A stretch of DNA of 63,953 nucleotides, counting the filler, from Stramenopiles sp. TOSAG23-2 (lineage: Eukaryota): NCBI GenBank assembly GCA_900128395.1. It is 3 parts of 3 records of this genome, joined end to end, with 100 filler letters (N's around TTAATTAATTAA, not from the genome) between each part and the next. Parts side by side here need not be neighbours in the genome. Positions count along the whole stretch, not along the records: positions 1 to 21,259 come from LT649539.1; positions 21,360 to 42,616 come from LT649540.1; 1 more part is not named here. The stretch is one strand, 5' to 3'. A program made the position numbers and the translations under genes. The notes under the pieces are model-generated. The model searched no databases. It worked only from the letters and a program-made list of their open reading frames with translations, and was not told the origin of the DNA. Numbering within the stretch: the first letter of the stretch is position 1; each line of letters starts with the position of its first letter. Shown in pieces: positions 13,029 to 23,104 of the stretch.

Positions 13029-14774
13029 TTATTCTTCATCACCACCTTCCTCAGCTTCACCATCACCTTCCTCAGCTGCTTTTTTTGCTTCTTCCTCAGC
13101 AGCTACACGTGCAGCTAATGCTTCTTTAGCAATTCTTGCTGCATCAGCCCATTCAATAGATGCATTTATTGCATCAACTAACATACCTACCGCAACATAA
13201 TCATCTGATTTCTCTGCAGCACTACAAATTTCACGCCATTTACCAATATCTTCTTCTGTTGCACCAAATGAATCTTGGTTCAATGCATTAATATTTTCAT
13301 AAAATTTTTCGACATCCATACTTTTAATTGCTGACCATGACAAGGCACCAGTTGCACCATCATTTAATGTATTTTTATCAATACCAGTAACACTCAATGC
13401 GATTGCTAATGCATTTTCTACCGCTGCACCTGGTGAAATTTGTAATCCTAATACACGTGTAACATGATCTTTAACATTTGCAGCATTTGTTTTTGCTGTC
13501 TGCGCGTCAAATTCTTTATCCGAAGCTGCTTTATCCTCTTCTGGGGTTTCTTCTCCAACTTTGGACATTGCTTCTTCTTTAGCAGCTGCTTCTGTCTCTG
13601 CAGCAGCAGCACGTTCTTCTGCTAATGCAGTATTAGCATTGAAATGTTCACGACGTAACCACACTTCACATTGGAATTGTGATTTTGTAACACTTTCAAC
13701 ATATGCTGACATAGCTTGTGATAAATTTTGTGCAAATAAAACTTCATCTTCATTAAATGGACGGTTTTGTCCCATGGTATCACATGCAATTACCATATGT
13801 CCTTCTTTGACTTCAGCTGCATCCCAAACACGTTTTGGTTTTTCTGGTACAATTGGATTGCCATCTGCATCCAATTCTGGCTCAGCATCTGTTTTCTCTT
13901 CCTTTGCTTCACCTTCCTCGCCACCTTCTTCGCCTTCCTCTCCTTCTTCTTTCACTGGCTCATCGGATGCAGTTAAATATTCTGGATCCATTGCAGCACC
14001 ATGGCATGAGCTTTTGGTTGCAACATCAACGGCTAAATATGCTCCTAACATAGGGAATCTGAAAAATTTAACACCATCGTTACGCAACACGTTTTCTACA
14101 TGCATCATAACTGGAAGTGGTGGAGGTTTCTCAACTTCTATTGGATTACCTTCTTCATCCAGTTCTGGCTCTACTTCTTCCTCTTCGACTGGATCAAATA
14201 CTTTAAATGTCACGCCGCTTCCTTTTACTGGATTACCTTCATCATCCACTTCACCTTTAGCCATACCTGTACCAACCATAAAGGAATTTTCTTCAGTTGC
14301 ATAGTCATATTTAACAAATGGCGTACCTGCTTGTTCATGTCCTTCTGGATATTCTGACAACGTACCGATGTAACAACTTGATGCTTTTAATCTCGTCTTG
14401 ATATGATTAGCACATTTTTGCATTAATGCGGCGATACCTTTTTGTACATCATCACCACTTGTTGCACCACCGATACTTGCCTCACGTAATTCTTCCAATA
14501 ATGCATCATCCGCTGCTTTTTGTGCAGCCCATATTGCTTGTTTCTCAGCAGCAGCTGTTTGTTCTGCTTTTTCTATTTCTGATCTCTCTGCATTAACCGT
14601 TTCCATATTTGCTTTTCTAATAACATCTTGTTCTGCTCTTTCTTGTGCATTAGCATATTGAATTAAAAAATTACCTAAATAATCAATACCATCTTCTGGT
14701 TGATTTACAACAACTTGTGCTAAACCTTTTGATAAGGCTGTACCTACATGTTTTTTTAAAAATTCTGCGTCCAT
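13029..14774 (-). CDS. RSP2: Radial spoke protein 2-like (Dpy-30 dimerisation motif plus GAF-like region)
   Basis: N-terminal Dpy-30 motif MDAEFLKKHVGTALSKGLAQVVVNQPEDGIDYLGNFL, then coiled coil and a GAF-like region (SSCYIG...GVTF...MHVENV...FFRFPMLGAYLA...IACDTMG); architecture matches Chlamydomonas RSP2. Confidence 0.7.
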   Translation of the reverse strand: MDAEFLKKHVGTALSKGLAQVVVNQPEDGIDYLGNFLIQYANAQERAEQDVIRKANMETVNAERSEIEKAEQTAAAEKQAIWAAQKAADDALLEELREASIGGATSGDDVQKGIAALMQKCANHIKTRLKASSCYIGTLSEYPEGHEQAGTPFVKYDYATEENSFMVGTGMAKGEVDDEGNPVKGSGVTFKVFDPVEEEEVEPELDEEGNPIEVEKPPPLPVMMHVENVLRNDGVKFFRFPMLGAYLAVDVATKSSCHGAAMDPEYLTASDEPVKEEGEEGEEGGEEGEAKEEKTDAEPELDADGNPIVPEKPKRVWDAAEVKEGHMVIACDTMGQNRPFNEDEVLFAQNLSQAMSAYVESVTKSQFQCEVWLRREHFNANTALAEERAAAAETEAAAKEEAMSKVGEETPEEDKAASDKEFDAQTAKTNAANVKDHVTRVLGLQISPGAAVENALAIALSVTGIDKNTLNDGATGALSWSAIKSMDVEKFYENINALNQDSFGATEEDIGKWREICSAAEKSDDYVAVGMLVDAINASIEWADAARIAKEALAARVAAEEEAKKAAEEGDGEAEEGGDEE

Positions 14775-15574
14775 CTTATTTTTTTTTTTTATAAATGATT
14801 ATATTTTTAATTATACAACTTTCAAAACAAAACAAAGACAAAAAAATGCAATTGGTTCTTTATTATATATATACGTATATTCCTTTACTGATCAAAGTGC
14901 TACAACAATGAATACACCAAAATAAATAAAAATAAACAAATATTATGTACTTCCTAAATGTCAATATACATCTACATATATATATTGTATATTTCTATGT
15001 TTTTATTTAATCTTAACAGTAATGGAGAAGAAACGGTCAAACAGCATTTTAGCTATACCATTATTATAGCATTGTGAGGGAAGCCAGGAAGCACAAAAGC
15101 AACAAAAATCAACGAAAAAATAATGGAAAACAAAGGTCAAAGTTTGTAGCGTTAGAATACTAATTATTATACTTGAGTAATTTTCCAGATATTCGGGAAT
15201 GGAGATTTGAGATTTAGACTAATTGATTTAGAATACTAATTATTATACTTATATATCAGATATAATCTCCTATATATAGGATTGAGTACGGTAATCTGAT
15301 AGTGATATGTGATATGGACATTTTGTGGAATTCCAGGAATTCTTCTTCCCATTTTTTGCATTTGCTTTTATTATACCAGTACACACTGCACCCACTATAC
15401 TAGACGTTGAAAATTAAAATATATTTATATAATATTTATATTTAGAAGATTGGAAACATATATATTGATTGAATCCATTCTTTTTAAAAAACATTAAAAC
15501 AAAAATTGTACGTTGCTTGTATAATATTATTGAAAACAAAAATATAAATAGTGCATGAATTAAGAACAAAAAAT

Positions 15575-16051
15575 ATGGGATGTGTTAGTAGTCAACAGAA
15601 ATTAGATCAATTTCAAAAAAATTCATATTATAGAGAAGATAAATTTAATCATGGAAAAGAAAATAATGCAAATAAAACGATATCAAATAGATATGCAGTT
15701 TCATCACCAGAGGATAATGAAGAGGAGGAAGAGAATAATAATAATGTAAATAATGGTAATAATAACAACAATAACGGCGATGAATTGTCAATGTATACTA
15801 ACATTAGTGATTTTAAAGTAGAAAAATCAAAAAAGAAGAAAAAAAATAAACGAAATGCAGTGGATGATAGAAACCCACAAGATGTTGACGCTGATATGGA
15901 TGCTTTTAAAAATTCTTTGAAAAACAAAAAAAAGAAAGTAAAAAAAAAGAATCTTATTTTGAATGAGAATTCCGCAAAAATGCCAGGTACTGAATTAGGT
16001 GTGTATGATAATCAAAGTAATGAAGCTATTTTTACTGGCGGTTTGGAATAG
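15575..16051 (+). CDS. Small low-complexity protein with a predicted dual N-acylation motif (MGCVSS)
   Basis: ATG at 15575 gives MGCVSSQQ (Gly2 myristoylation, Cys3 palmitoylation); Asn- and Lys-rich tracts. Confidence 0.7.
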   Translation: MGCVSSQQKLDQFQKNSYYREDKFNHGKENNANKTISNRYAVSSPEDNEEEEENNNNVNNGNNNNNNGDELSMYTNISDFKVEKSKKKKKNKRNAVDDRNPQDVDADMDAFKNSLKNKKKKVKKKNLILNENSAKMPGTELGVYDNQSNEAIFTGGLE

Positions 16052-16283
16052 TAAGTGGAAGAAATGGTGTGTTTTGATAAAAAGTAAAAGAAAAATAAAA
16101 AAGCGTCATAATTTATATATACTGGTATACCCATTTCTTCATTCCAGGCATTCCATCCACACTATCGATAAACACAAAAAATAATATATATACGTCATAT
16201 ACATATATAATATACCTGGTATGCATACGCAAATATATATTTTATACATATATACCACATAATTTCTTCTTCATATATGAATC

Positions 16284-17762
16284 ATGAGCACAGCAACATA
16301 TTCAAATGTAATTAAAGTTGCTACTGCATCAACAGCAGCAGTGGCAGCAGTGGCAGCTTATTATTATTTTACATGGGATCCACGTTGGTGGTGGAATAGA
16401 AGAAAAAATAAATCTACCGAAGTGAATGTGCAGCAAAACTGGAAAAAAACATTAATTAAAGGATATGTGCACAAAGATTTTGAACCTGTTCGAGAAGAGT
16501 TTATTGCTAATTTTGAGAGACGTGGTGAACTTGGTGCAGCTTGTTGTATTTTCTACAAAGGCGAAATGGTAGTAAATTTATGGGGAGGCTATCGAGAATA
16601 TGGCACAAAGAAGGAGTGGGAAAATAATACAATGTCAAATGTATTTTCTGCAACAAAAGGTATTTCAGCAATTGCAATGGCAATATTATGTTCTCAAGGT
16701 AAAATAAATTTTGATGATAAAGTTTGCAAACATTGGCCACAGTTTGCACAGAATGGAAAAGAAGACATTACTATTCGAGCATTAGTGGATCATGCAACTG
16801 GCTTGGCTGGACCATCTCCACCAATTTCCATGGAAATATTGCGAGATAAAGCAAAAACTATTGAATTTTTAGCTGCAGTAAAACCTGATTGGAAAACATC
16901 CTATGAAAAAAAAGGCTACATGGCAATACTTCTAGGAATTTACGAGTCGTGTATTATGCAAATGACTGATGACAAGAAACGTACGATTGGAGAATTTTTA
17001 CAAGAGGAAATTGCTGAACCGCTTGGACTGGATGGTGACATTTACATTGGGCTACCAGATAGCATAACAGATGAAAGATTAACCGTTTTAGATGCTCCTA
17101 ATCTTTTTCAAATGTTATTTTTACAAGATACGTTACCCAAAGGTTTTATGTCATCGATGTTGTTGAATCCTTCCTCTTATTGCAGCAGGGCATTTTTCAA
17201 CCCTAATCTTGGCAATGATGGTATGTTAGATTATAATCGTCGTGATGTGAAGCGATTAGAATTGGCAGCGTCGAATGGACATGCTTCTGCACATGCATTG
17301 GCAACCATTTACAATGCTGTTGAACGTGCAATTAATACAAAATGTCGTATCAATAAATTAAACTTAAGTAATGCAGCATTACTTGAAATTCAACAAGGTG
17401 GAAAACCACAATATGATGAAGTTTTAAAAGTGGAAACAAATATGGCTGGCGGATTCGAAAAACCTGGTTCTTCATCGGAATATGGATGCGATCAACGGGC
17501 ATTTGGTACTCCAGGTGCTGGTGGACAGAATGCATTTGCAGATGTTGAAAGTGAAATGAGCTTTGCATATATCATGAATCGATGCGGTACATACATTTGT
17601 GATGACCCTCGAGAATTTTCTTGTAGAGTGAAAGCATATCAATGCATACAAAAGATACGTGAGAGAAATGGGGAGAAGAAATTACCAATGAAAAAATTAG
17701 AAACAATGAGTACATTTTTAAAAAGTGCAACGGATCAATTTCCAGAATTGCGAATGTTGTGA
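16284..17762 (+). CDS. Beta-lactamase-family serine hydrolase (family VIII esterase-like) with N-terminal membrane anchor
   Basis: SxxK motif FSATKG; WPQFAQNGKEDITIRALVDHATGL; GY motif; AFGTPGAGGQNAFAD; hydrophobic N-terminus. Confidence 0.92.
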   Translation: MSTATYSNVIKVATASTAAVAAVAAYYYFTWDPRWWWNRRKNKSTEVNVQQNWKKTLIKGYVHKDFEPVREEFIANFERRGELGAACCIFYKGEMVVNLWGGYREYGTKKEWENNTMSNVFSATKGISAIAMAILCSQGKINFDDKVCKHWPQFAQNGKEDITIRALVDHATGLAGPSPPISMEILRDKAKTIEFLAAVKPDWKTSYEKKGYMAILLGIYESCIMQMTDDKKRTIGEFLQEEIAEPLGLDGDIYIGLPDSITDERLTVLDAPNLFQMLFLQDTLPKGFMSSMLLNPSSYCSRAFFNPNLGNDGMLDYNRRDVKRLELAASNGHASAHALATIYNAVERAINTKCRINKLNLSNAALLEIQQGGKPQYDEVLKVETNMAGGFEKPGSSSEYGCDQRAFGTPGAGGQNAFADVESEMSFAYIMNRCGTYICDDPREFSCRVKAYQCIQKIRERNGEKKLPMKKLETMSTFLKSATDQFPELRML

Positions 17763-18041
17763 GGGTAAATTAAAAAATAAGTTAATGCAAAGATGTGTTT
17801 TTTTAAAAAAATTAAATTATATAATATATAATTTTCAATATTATGCATTATATGATATATGATATGATATGATAGTAGTGTATGCATATGAGAAATATGA
17901 TCTGATTAATTTACCTTTTGTTAATGATAAAACCACACACACAAACTCTAACTTTGCGTTACAAAACACCAAAACACTACACATCATATATCATATATAT
18001 ATATATATAGTATATATAAAAATATATATACTATTTCTCAT

Positions 18042-19583
18042 CTATTCAAACATTTTCTTCACACGATCGGCTGCATCGCCAAAAAAACTATTTCCATCAG
18101 AACGCCCAGTACTTCCATCAATTGTTTCCCTACCATTATTATTATCGCTATCACCATCATCATCGCCACCACTTCTCCTTGCAATAATTTGTCCATTTTC
18201 TTCTTCTTCCTTTCTAAATTCTTCCAACAATTCTTTTTGTCGGTCTGATAATTTTTGTGGTACAACAACATTAAAATGTACATATTGATGACCACGACGT
18301 CCACCACCATTTAATACTGGTACCCCACGATTACGTAACACTACACGATCACCTGGTTGCGTACCAATTGGTACTTTTAAATCAACTTCACCTTTTAATG
18401 TTGGTAAAGTGATTTTATCACCTAAACTTGCTTGTGATAATGAAATTGGTATTTCCACATGTACATCACTATCATCTCGTTGAAAGAACGGATCTTCCTT
18501 TACAACTACTTCAACATATAAATCACCAGCAGGGCCACTTCGTAAACCATCATCACCTTGTCCACCAACACGTAAATTAATGCCTGTATCAACACCTGGT
18601 GGTATTTTCACATCAACTGTTTTTGTCTCCGGTATACGACCTTGACCACTACATGATGGACATGGATCTTTAATCACTGAACCTGTACCTCTACATGCAT
18701 TACATGTAGTTTGCATATACATAAAACCACGTTTTACCATTTTCACACCTGTGCCTTGACATTCAGTACATGTGGTAGGTCCTGTGCCAGATTTAGCGCC
18801 TGTACCACCACATGGATCGCATTTTTTCATACGACGTATATTCATTTCCCTAGAACAACCTTTCACCGCTTCCATAAAATCTAATGTCACCCGTCCTTGT
18901 AAATCACCACCACGTTGTGGTGCATTTGGATTTTGACGTCTTCCACCACCACCAAATGGACCACCGCCTCCAAATATATCATTTAAATTGCTAAATATAT
19001 CTTCAGGATTTACATTACCTTGAAAGCCACCACCACCACCAAATGGATTGCCACCACCGCCGCCGCCGCCGCCAAATGGATTGCCACCATGTCCAAACGA
19101 ATCATACGCTTGTCTTTTTTCTGCATCACTTAATGTATCATATGCATCTTGTAACTCTGCAAATTTTTCAGTTGCTCCTTCATCTTTATTTACATCTGGG
19201 TGTAACGTTTTTGCTAATTTATAATATGCCTTTTTAATATCAGATTGCGATGCAGATTTCGATACACCAAGAACATCGTAATGATCACGTTTTGAACTTG
19301 GTGTTGTTGTATGTATGAAATGATGTGATGATAAGTTTTTATTGAATAATAAATTTTTATTATTATAATTGTTATATTTTGGTGAATAATTTGTTGTTGA
19401 ATTTTTTGTTATTACATGTTGTTTCGTTCGTTTATTGTTGTTATTGTTATTATTATGTATCATATTATTATTTGATGTAAATATTGTACGATGTACAATC
19501 ATCCAATTGTTATTATTATTATTTTTTGGATGATGTTGACGTCGTATTAATTTTTGTACAATATTACTATATGTAGGCCTCAT
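18042..19583 (-). CDS. dnaJ: Type I DnaJ/Hsp40 chaperone, probably mitochondrial (Mdj1/DNAJA3-like)
   Basis: J domain with HPD, G/F-rich linker, four CxxCxGxG repeats, DnaJ C-terminal domain; basic, acid-free presequence from ATG 19583 (MRPTYSNIVQKLIRR). Confidence 0.95.
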   Translation of the reverse strand: MRPTYSNIVQKLIRRQHHPKNNNNNNWMIVHRTIFTSNNNMIHNNNNNNNKRTKQHVITKNSTTNYSPKYNNYNNKNLLFNKNLSSHHFIHTTTPSSKRDHYDVLGVSKSASQSDIKKAYYKLAKTLHPDVNKDEGATEKFAELQDAYDTLSDAEKRQAYDSFGHGGNPFGGGGGGGGNPFGGGGGFQGNVNPEDIFSNLNDIFGGGGPFGGGGRRQNPNAPQRGGDLQGRVTLDFMEAVKGCSREMNIRRMKKCDPCGGTGAKSGTGPTTCTECQGTGVKMVKRGFMYMQTTCNACRGTGSVIKDPCPSCSGQGRIPETKTVDVKIPPGVDTGINLRVGGQGDDGLRSGPAGDLYVEVVVKEDPFFQRDDSDVHVEIPISLSQASLGDKITLPTLKGEVDLKVPIGTQPGDRVVLRNRGVPVLNGGGRRGHQYVHFNVVVPQKLSDRQKELLEEFRKEEEENGQIIARRSGGDDDGDSDNNNGRETIDGSTGRSDGNSFFGDAADRVKKMFE

Positions 19584-19901
19584 TTTTGTCTTTTTTATCG
19601 TTTGAATTATTATTATTATTTCAATGAGTAGTCTTGTTGTCAATAATTTAGTATCAATGTTCAATAGAAATTAGTATTAAATGACAATAGCTGTATCAGT
19701 TGATAATCTATATGATAATTGTTTGAATATATAGATGTATGTATGTATGTATGTGTTTAATTACTTACACATACACAAGAAAAGAATAATATAAATATTT
19801 TTATTTAATGAATATTTGTGGTTAGTTTGTGTTTTGTGCTTTTATTATTCTTCGTGCACTCGTCGTCGATATTCGAACAATAGCATAGATATAGCATTGT
19901 A

Positions 19902-19980
19902 GATCGGAGGAAAGAAGGAATCATACATTTATTAGATTATTGATCGGAGGAAAGAAGGAATCATACTTATTAGATTATTG
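19902..19980. repeat. Diverged ~40-bp tandem duplication
   Basis: GATCGGAGGAAAGAAGGAATCATAC(ATT/T)TATTAGATTATT occurs twice in tandem with a 2-bp indel. Confidence 0.85.
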
Positions 19981-20148
19981 TATGAAAAAAACAAAATGAA
20001 TTTTATACAGGTCTCTGATCATGAGTTGTAAGAACAACAGGTAGTTAATAAAAAAAAAAAAAGCTGTCATCATCGCGAACAAAACCAGGAAACGGATACC
20101 TGGTATGATACCAAGTATCATGTAATATTATATGAATTATTTGCGAAA

Positions 20149-21259
20149 CTAGCATGTGACGTCATGCGAAACGCTATTAAATCGCGACTTTGTTCGATAT
20201 GAGCGACATTGTGCAGTCCAAGAGTTTTTAGTGCAATGCCTGCAAGCGCTATCGCTACATCCATAAAAGCTAAAGCTACCCCCCCCATTACAAGAGACGC
20301 CTCTTACGTAACCTCTACTACTCCAAGGGTTCTTACGGCAACCAGAAAAGATCGGGTACTTTTTTATATGGGATTCTATTGCGCGACCACTACAAGTACG
20401 ACCATTATAATATTTAGTTATCATAACCGCTTGTCGACCAACACCATACGCTCTTCTCCCGCCTCTGAATCTCGGACTACTCACATCTAGATGTGGAGCT
20501 GGGTTGTATCCACCGCCACCACCTAAATTTGGCCCATCGCCTAAATGCGGAGCTGGATTATATCCACCACCATCACCTAAATTAGGCCCATAATTTTCAT
20601 CCCAGTTGTATTCAGCCCCTGCTTTGTATGGTCCTTTCTCATATTCACCGTACACACGACCACCACCAACATGAGCTTCTTTCTCGTCCCATTTATTCGA
20701 TTGCATCTGACGATGATGATGCATATGCTGATTGTGCCTGTGGGCAGCATTTTCATCCCAGTTGTATTCAGCCCCTGCTTTGTATGGTCCTTTCTCATAT
20801 TCACCGTACACACGACCACCACCAACATGAGCTTCTTTCTCGTCCCATTTATTCGATTGCATCTGACGATGATGATGCATATGCTGATTGTGCCTGTGGG
20901 CAGCATTTTCATCCCAGTTGTATTCACCACCTGCTTTGACTGGTCCTTTGTTGTATTCGCCGTAAACTTTACCACCACCAACATTTTCTTCCATGACGTC
21001 GAAACTTCCACCACATGCTTTCTTTGCATCGTTCATCCATCTTCTGTCACCACCTGCTTTGACTGGTCCTTTGTTGTATTCGCCGTAAACTTTACCACCA
21101 CCTACATTCGATTCTTCCTCGTCCATAAACTTGTTAATCAACTTTTTAGCCCCCCATTTTATAATACGTGTTTGAGGAGAGCCAACATTTTCATCATTGG
21201 CATCTTCATCCCAGTTGTATTCACCACCTGCTTTGACTGGTCCTTTGTTGTATTCGCCG
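20149..21259 (-). CDS. 5'-truncated repeat polyprotein / multi-peptide precursor with a C-terminal 8-Cys cationic domain
   Basis: Frame is open from the gap edge (21259) to TAG at 20149; repeated GG(K/R)VYGEY(N/E)KGP(V/Y)KAG(G/A)EYNW units separated by acidic DE...(N/H)VG spacers. Confidence 0.85.
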
Positions 21260-21359
21260 NNNNNNNNNNNNNNNNNNNNNNNNNNNNNNNNNNNNNNNNN
21301 NNNTTAATTAATTAANNNNNNNNNNNNNNNNNNNNNNNNNNNNNNNNNNNNNNNNNNNN
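21260..21359. other. Artificial scaffold spacer (44N + TTAATTAATTAA + 44N)
   Basis: Exactly 100 bp with a six-frame stop linker at 21304-21315; identical to 42617-42716. Confidence 0.97.
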
Positions 21360-21374
21360 TAATTTTTTTTTTTG

Positions 21375-21419
21375 AAGAGTAGGAATTATCATGAGTAAAT
21401 TAAAAATAAATTATGCGTA
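21375..21419. repeat. Dispersed element, copy 1 (AAGAGTAGGAATTATCATGAGTAAA...TATGCGTA)
   Basis: 25 bp identical to 38235-38259, followed by similar AATAAATT(G)TATGCGTA. Confidence 0.8.
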
Positions 21420-21581
21420 GACTAAATTATGTTTTACTCTTAATAGCCATATGTCTTCAGCCGGACTTAAAATGTGTTCACACAGCGTCACTTCTATAAA
21501 ATGTCAAAATCCATTTTTTTGCGTGCGTTCCGTTTTGAAAGGAGCACATTTTTAAAAAATGTGATATGTGTAAAATGCTTT

Positions 21582-22319
21582 TTAAAATCCTAAAAATGCA
21601 GCTGTCAAATCAACTTCTTCTACAATATCGTCATACAAACGTTCATCGTTGATATTATAAAATGATGGGGTAACAGTATTCATGTTCAAACTTTTTTTTG
21701 CATTAGTATTTTCTAATTTTTTCAGTCTAGCTTTCATTTTCTTTTTTTTATTTGATGATTTTTTTTTTGCAGATTTACCACGTCGTTTTTTCTTTTTTTT
21801 AGTTATTACTTTTTTCACTTCTTGGACTTCAGTAATATCAATATTGAAATTAAATTCAGTATCTGAAACAATTTCTTCTTCTACATTATCGTCGATTTCA
21901 GCGTCTGTATCTACCTCTGATAATTCCTCGACTTCTTCTTCTGGGTTGTATTCGTCATCCTCCTCCCCCTCGTTATCATCAAAAGAGGTGATATTAGTTC
22001 TTTGTTTCAATGGAGTTTTTCTTGGTGTTTTACGTGGTTTCAAGGTCGAAAATTTTCTTGAACGTAGTTTATTTCGAAGAATATTCTTTTTAGCAACAGG
22101 TGAATCTGCTGCTAAGACGTGTGCAGGTAGAATATTTTCTTTCACTGCAAAAAACTCTTTTAATTGTTTCGTGGATAGGGAATATTCTGGATGCTGAGTT
22201 TTGATAAGATTTGCTATTTTCTTATATCCTAACAATTTATATTGACTGGTATAAACACGTGCAGCGTTTTTCATCATTTCGCTTGGCATTTGTGGTTTCA
22301 TTTCTGTTGATGTACTCAT
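21582..22319 (-). CDS. Hypothetical nuclear protein with a small N-terminal helical (HTH-like) domain plus acidic and Lys-rich tracts
   Basis: 245-aa ORF; LGYKKIANLIKTQHPEYSLSTKQLK helical motif; poly-Lys NLS-like tract. Confidence 0.65.
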   Translation of the reverse strand: MSTSTEMKPQMPSEMMKNAARVYTSQYKLLGYKKIANLIKTQHPEYSLSTKQLKEFFAVKENILPAHVLAADSPVAKKNILRNKLRSRKFSTLKPRKTPRKTPLKQRTNITSFDDNEGEEDDEYNPEEEVEELSEVDTDAEIDDNVEEEIVSDTEFNFNIDITEVQEVKKVITKKKKKRRGKSAKKKSSNKKKKMKARLKKLENTNAKKSLNMNTVTPSFYNINDERLYDDIVEEVDLTAAFLGF

Positions 22320-23104
22320 CTTTTCTTATTTCTGTTTTTTATACAGTAGAATTTTGTTTGTATTTGGTAATAATAATATAAATTCTGGATTATTATTAAG
22401 TATTGTATAATTTGATTCTTTTTTGTATAAATCGTTTCTGCTTTGTTTTGTTTATGAATTTCTTTTTATGTACAGTTACAATATTAAATATGATATATAT
22501 GTTTTGTGAGGTGTAAAATCTATTTTCAAGACCGTTTCACTCAAATAAATTGCTCCGACAATGCTATCCCTATTGTAATATGACAGAACAATTTGGGGCC
22601 AACACTTCAAATAATTAAAAAATTAAAAAAATGCCACCCTGAGGCCACCATCATCATCACCCAAAATAAAAAGTATAGAGGGATCTCTAGATCCGGATCC
22701 TCTATACCAGTATCGCTATACTACCAGGTACACTAGTTTTCCTTGTCAGGGTACTGGCAAGTGGCAAAGAAAATCTCTGGTGTCCAGAGTAATCCAGTAT
22801 ACTTCTCTATAAAAAGTGTACTGTTACTCCTATATAGCTTTGCTACCTAGTGAGGTAACGCAGCACAAAAAGATAAAAAGATACAAAAAACACGTGGCCT
22901 TATTTTATTACAATATATATATAAAATATATGAATAAATATTATATCATACATAAATATATATACATTAGATATATTAGATAGATGCATACCAGCATACC
23001 ATCGAAACGCAATTACGATATATAGCAACTTCAAATTTCAACAGAACATAAAATTTCACTATTCAAATAAATTATTAAAAAAGAAAGAAAGTATCGTTGC
23101 AATA

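Noticed and set aside
15152-15250. 23-bp direct repeat around a 53-bp spacer (mini-CRISPR or TSD)
   Set aside because: Only two AT-rich copies and no element features; most likely a local duplication
16284-17762. Antibiotic-resistance beta-lactamase or bacterial contamination
   Set aside because: Motifs fit family VIII esterase-type serine hydrolases; composition and flanks match the host
21304-21315. TTAATTAATTAA palindrome inside N runs (also 42661-42672)
   Set aside because: Identical 44N-12-44N layout at both sites; an artificial six-frame stop linker, so adjacency across it is not guaranteed
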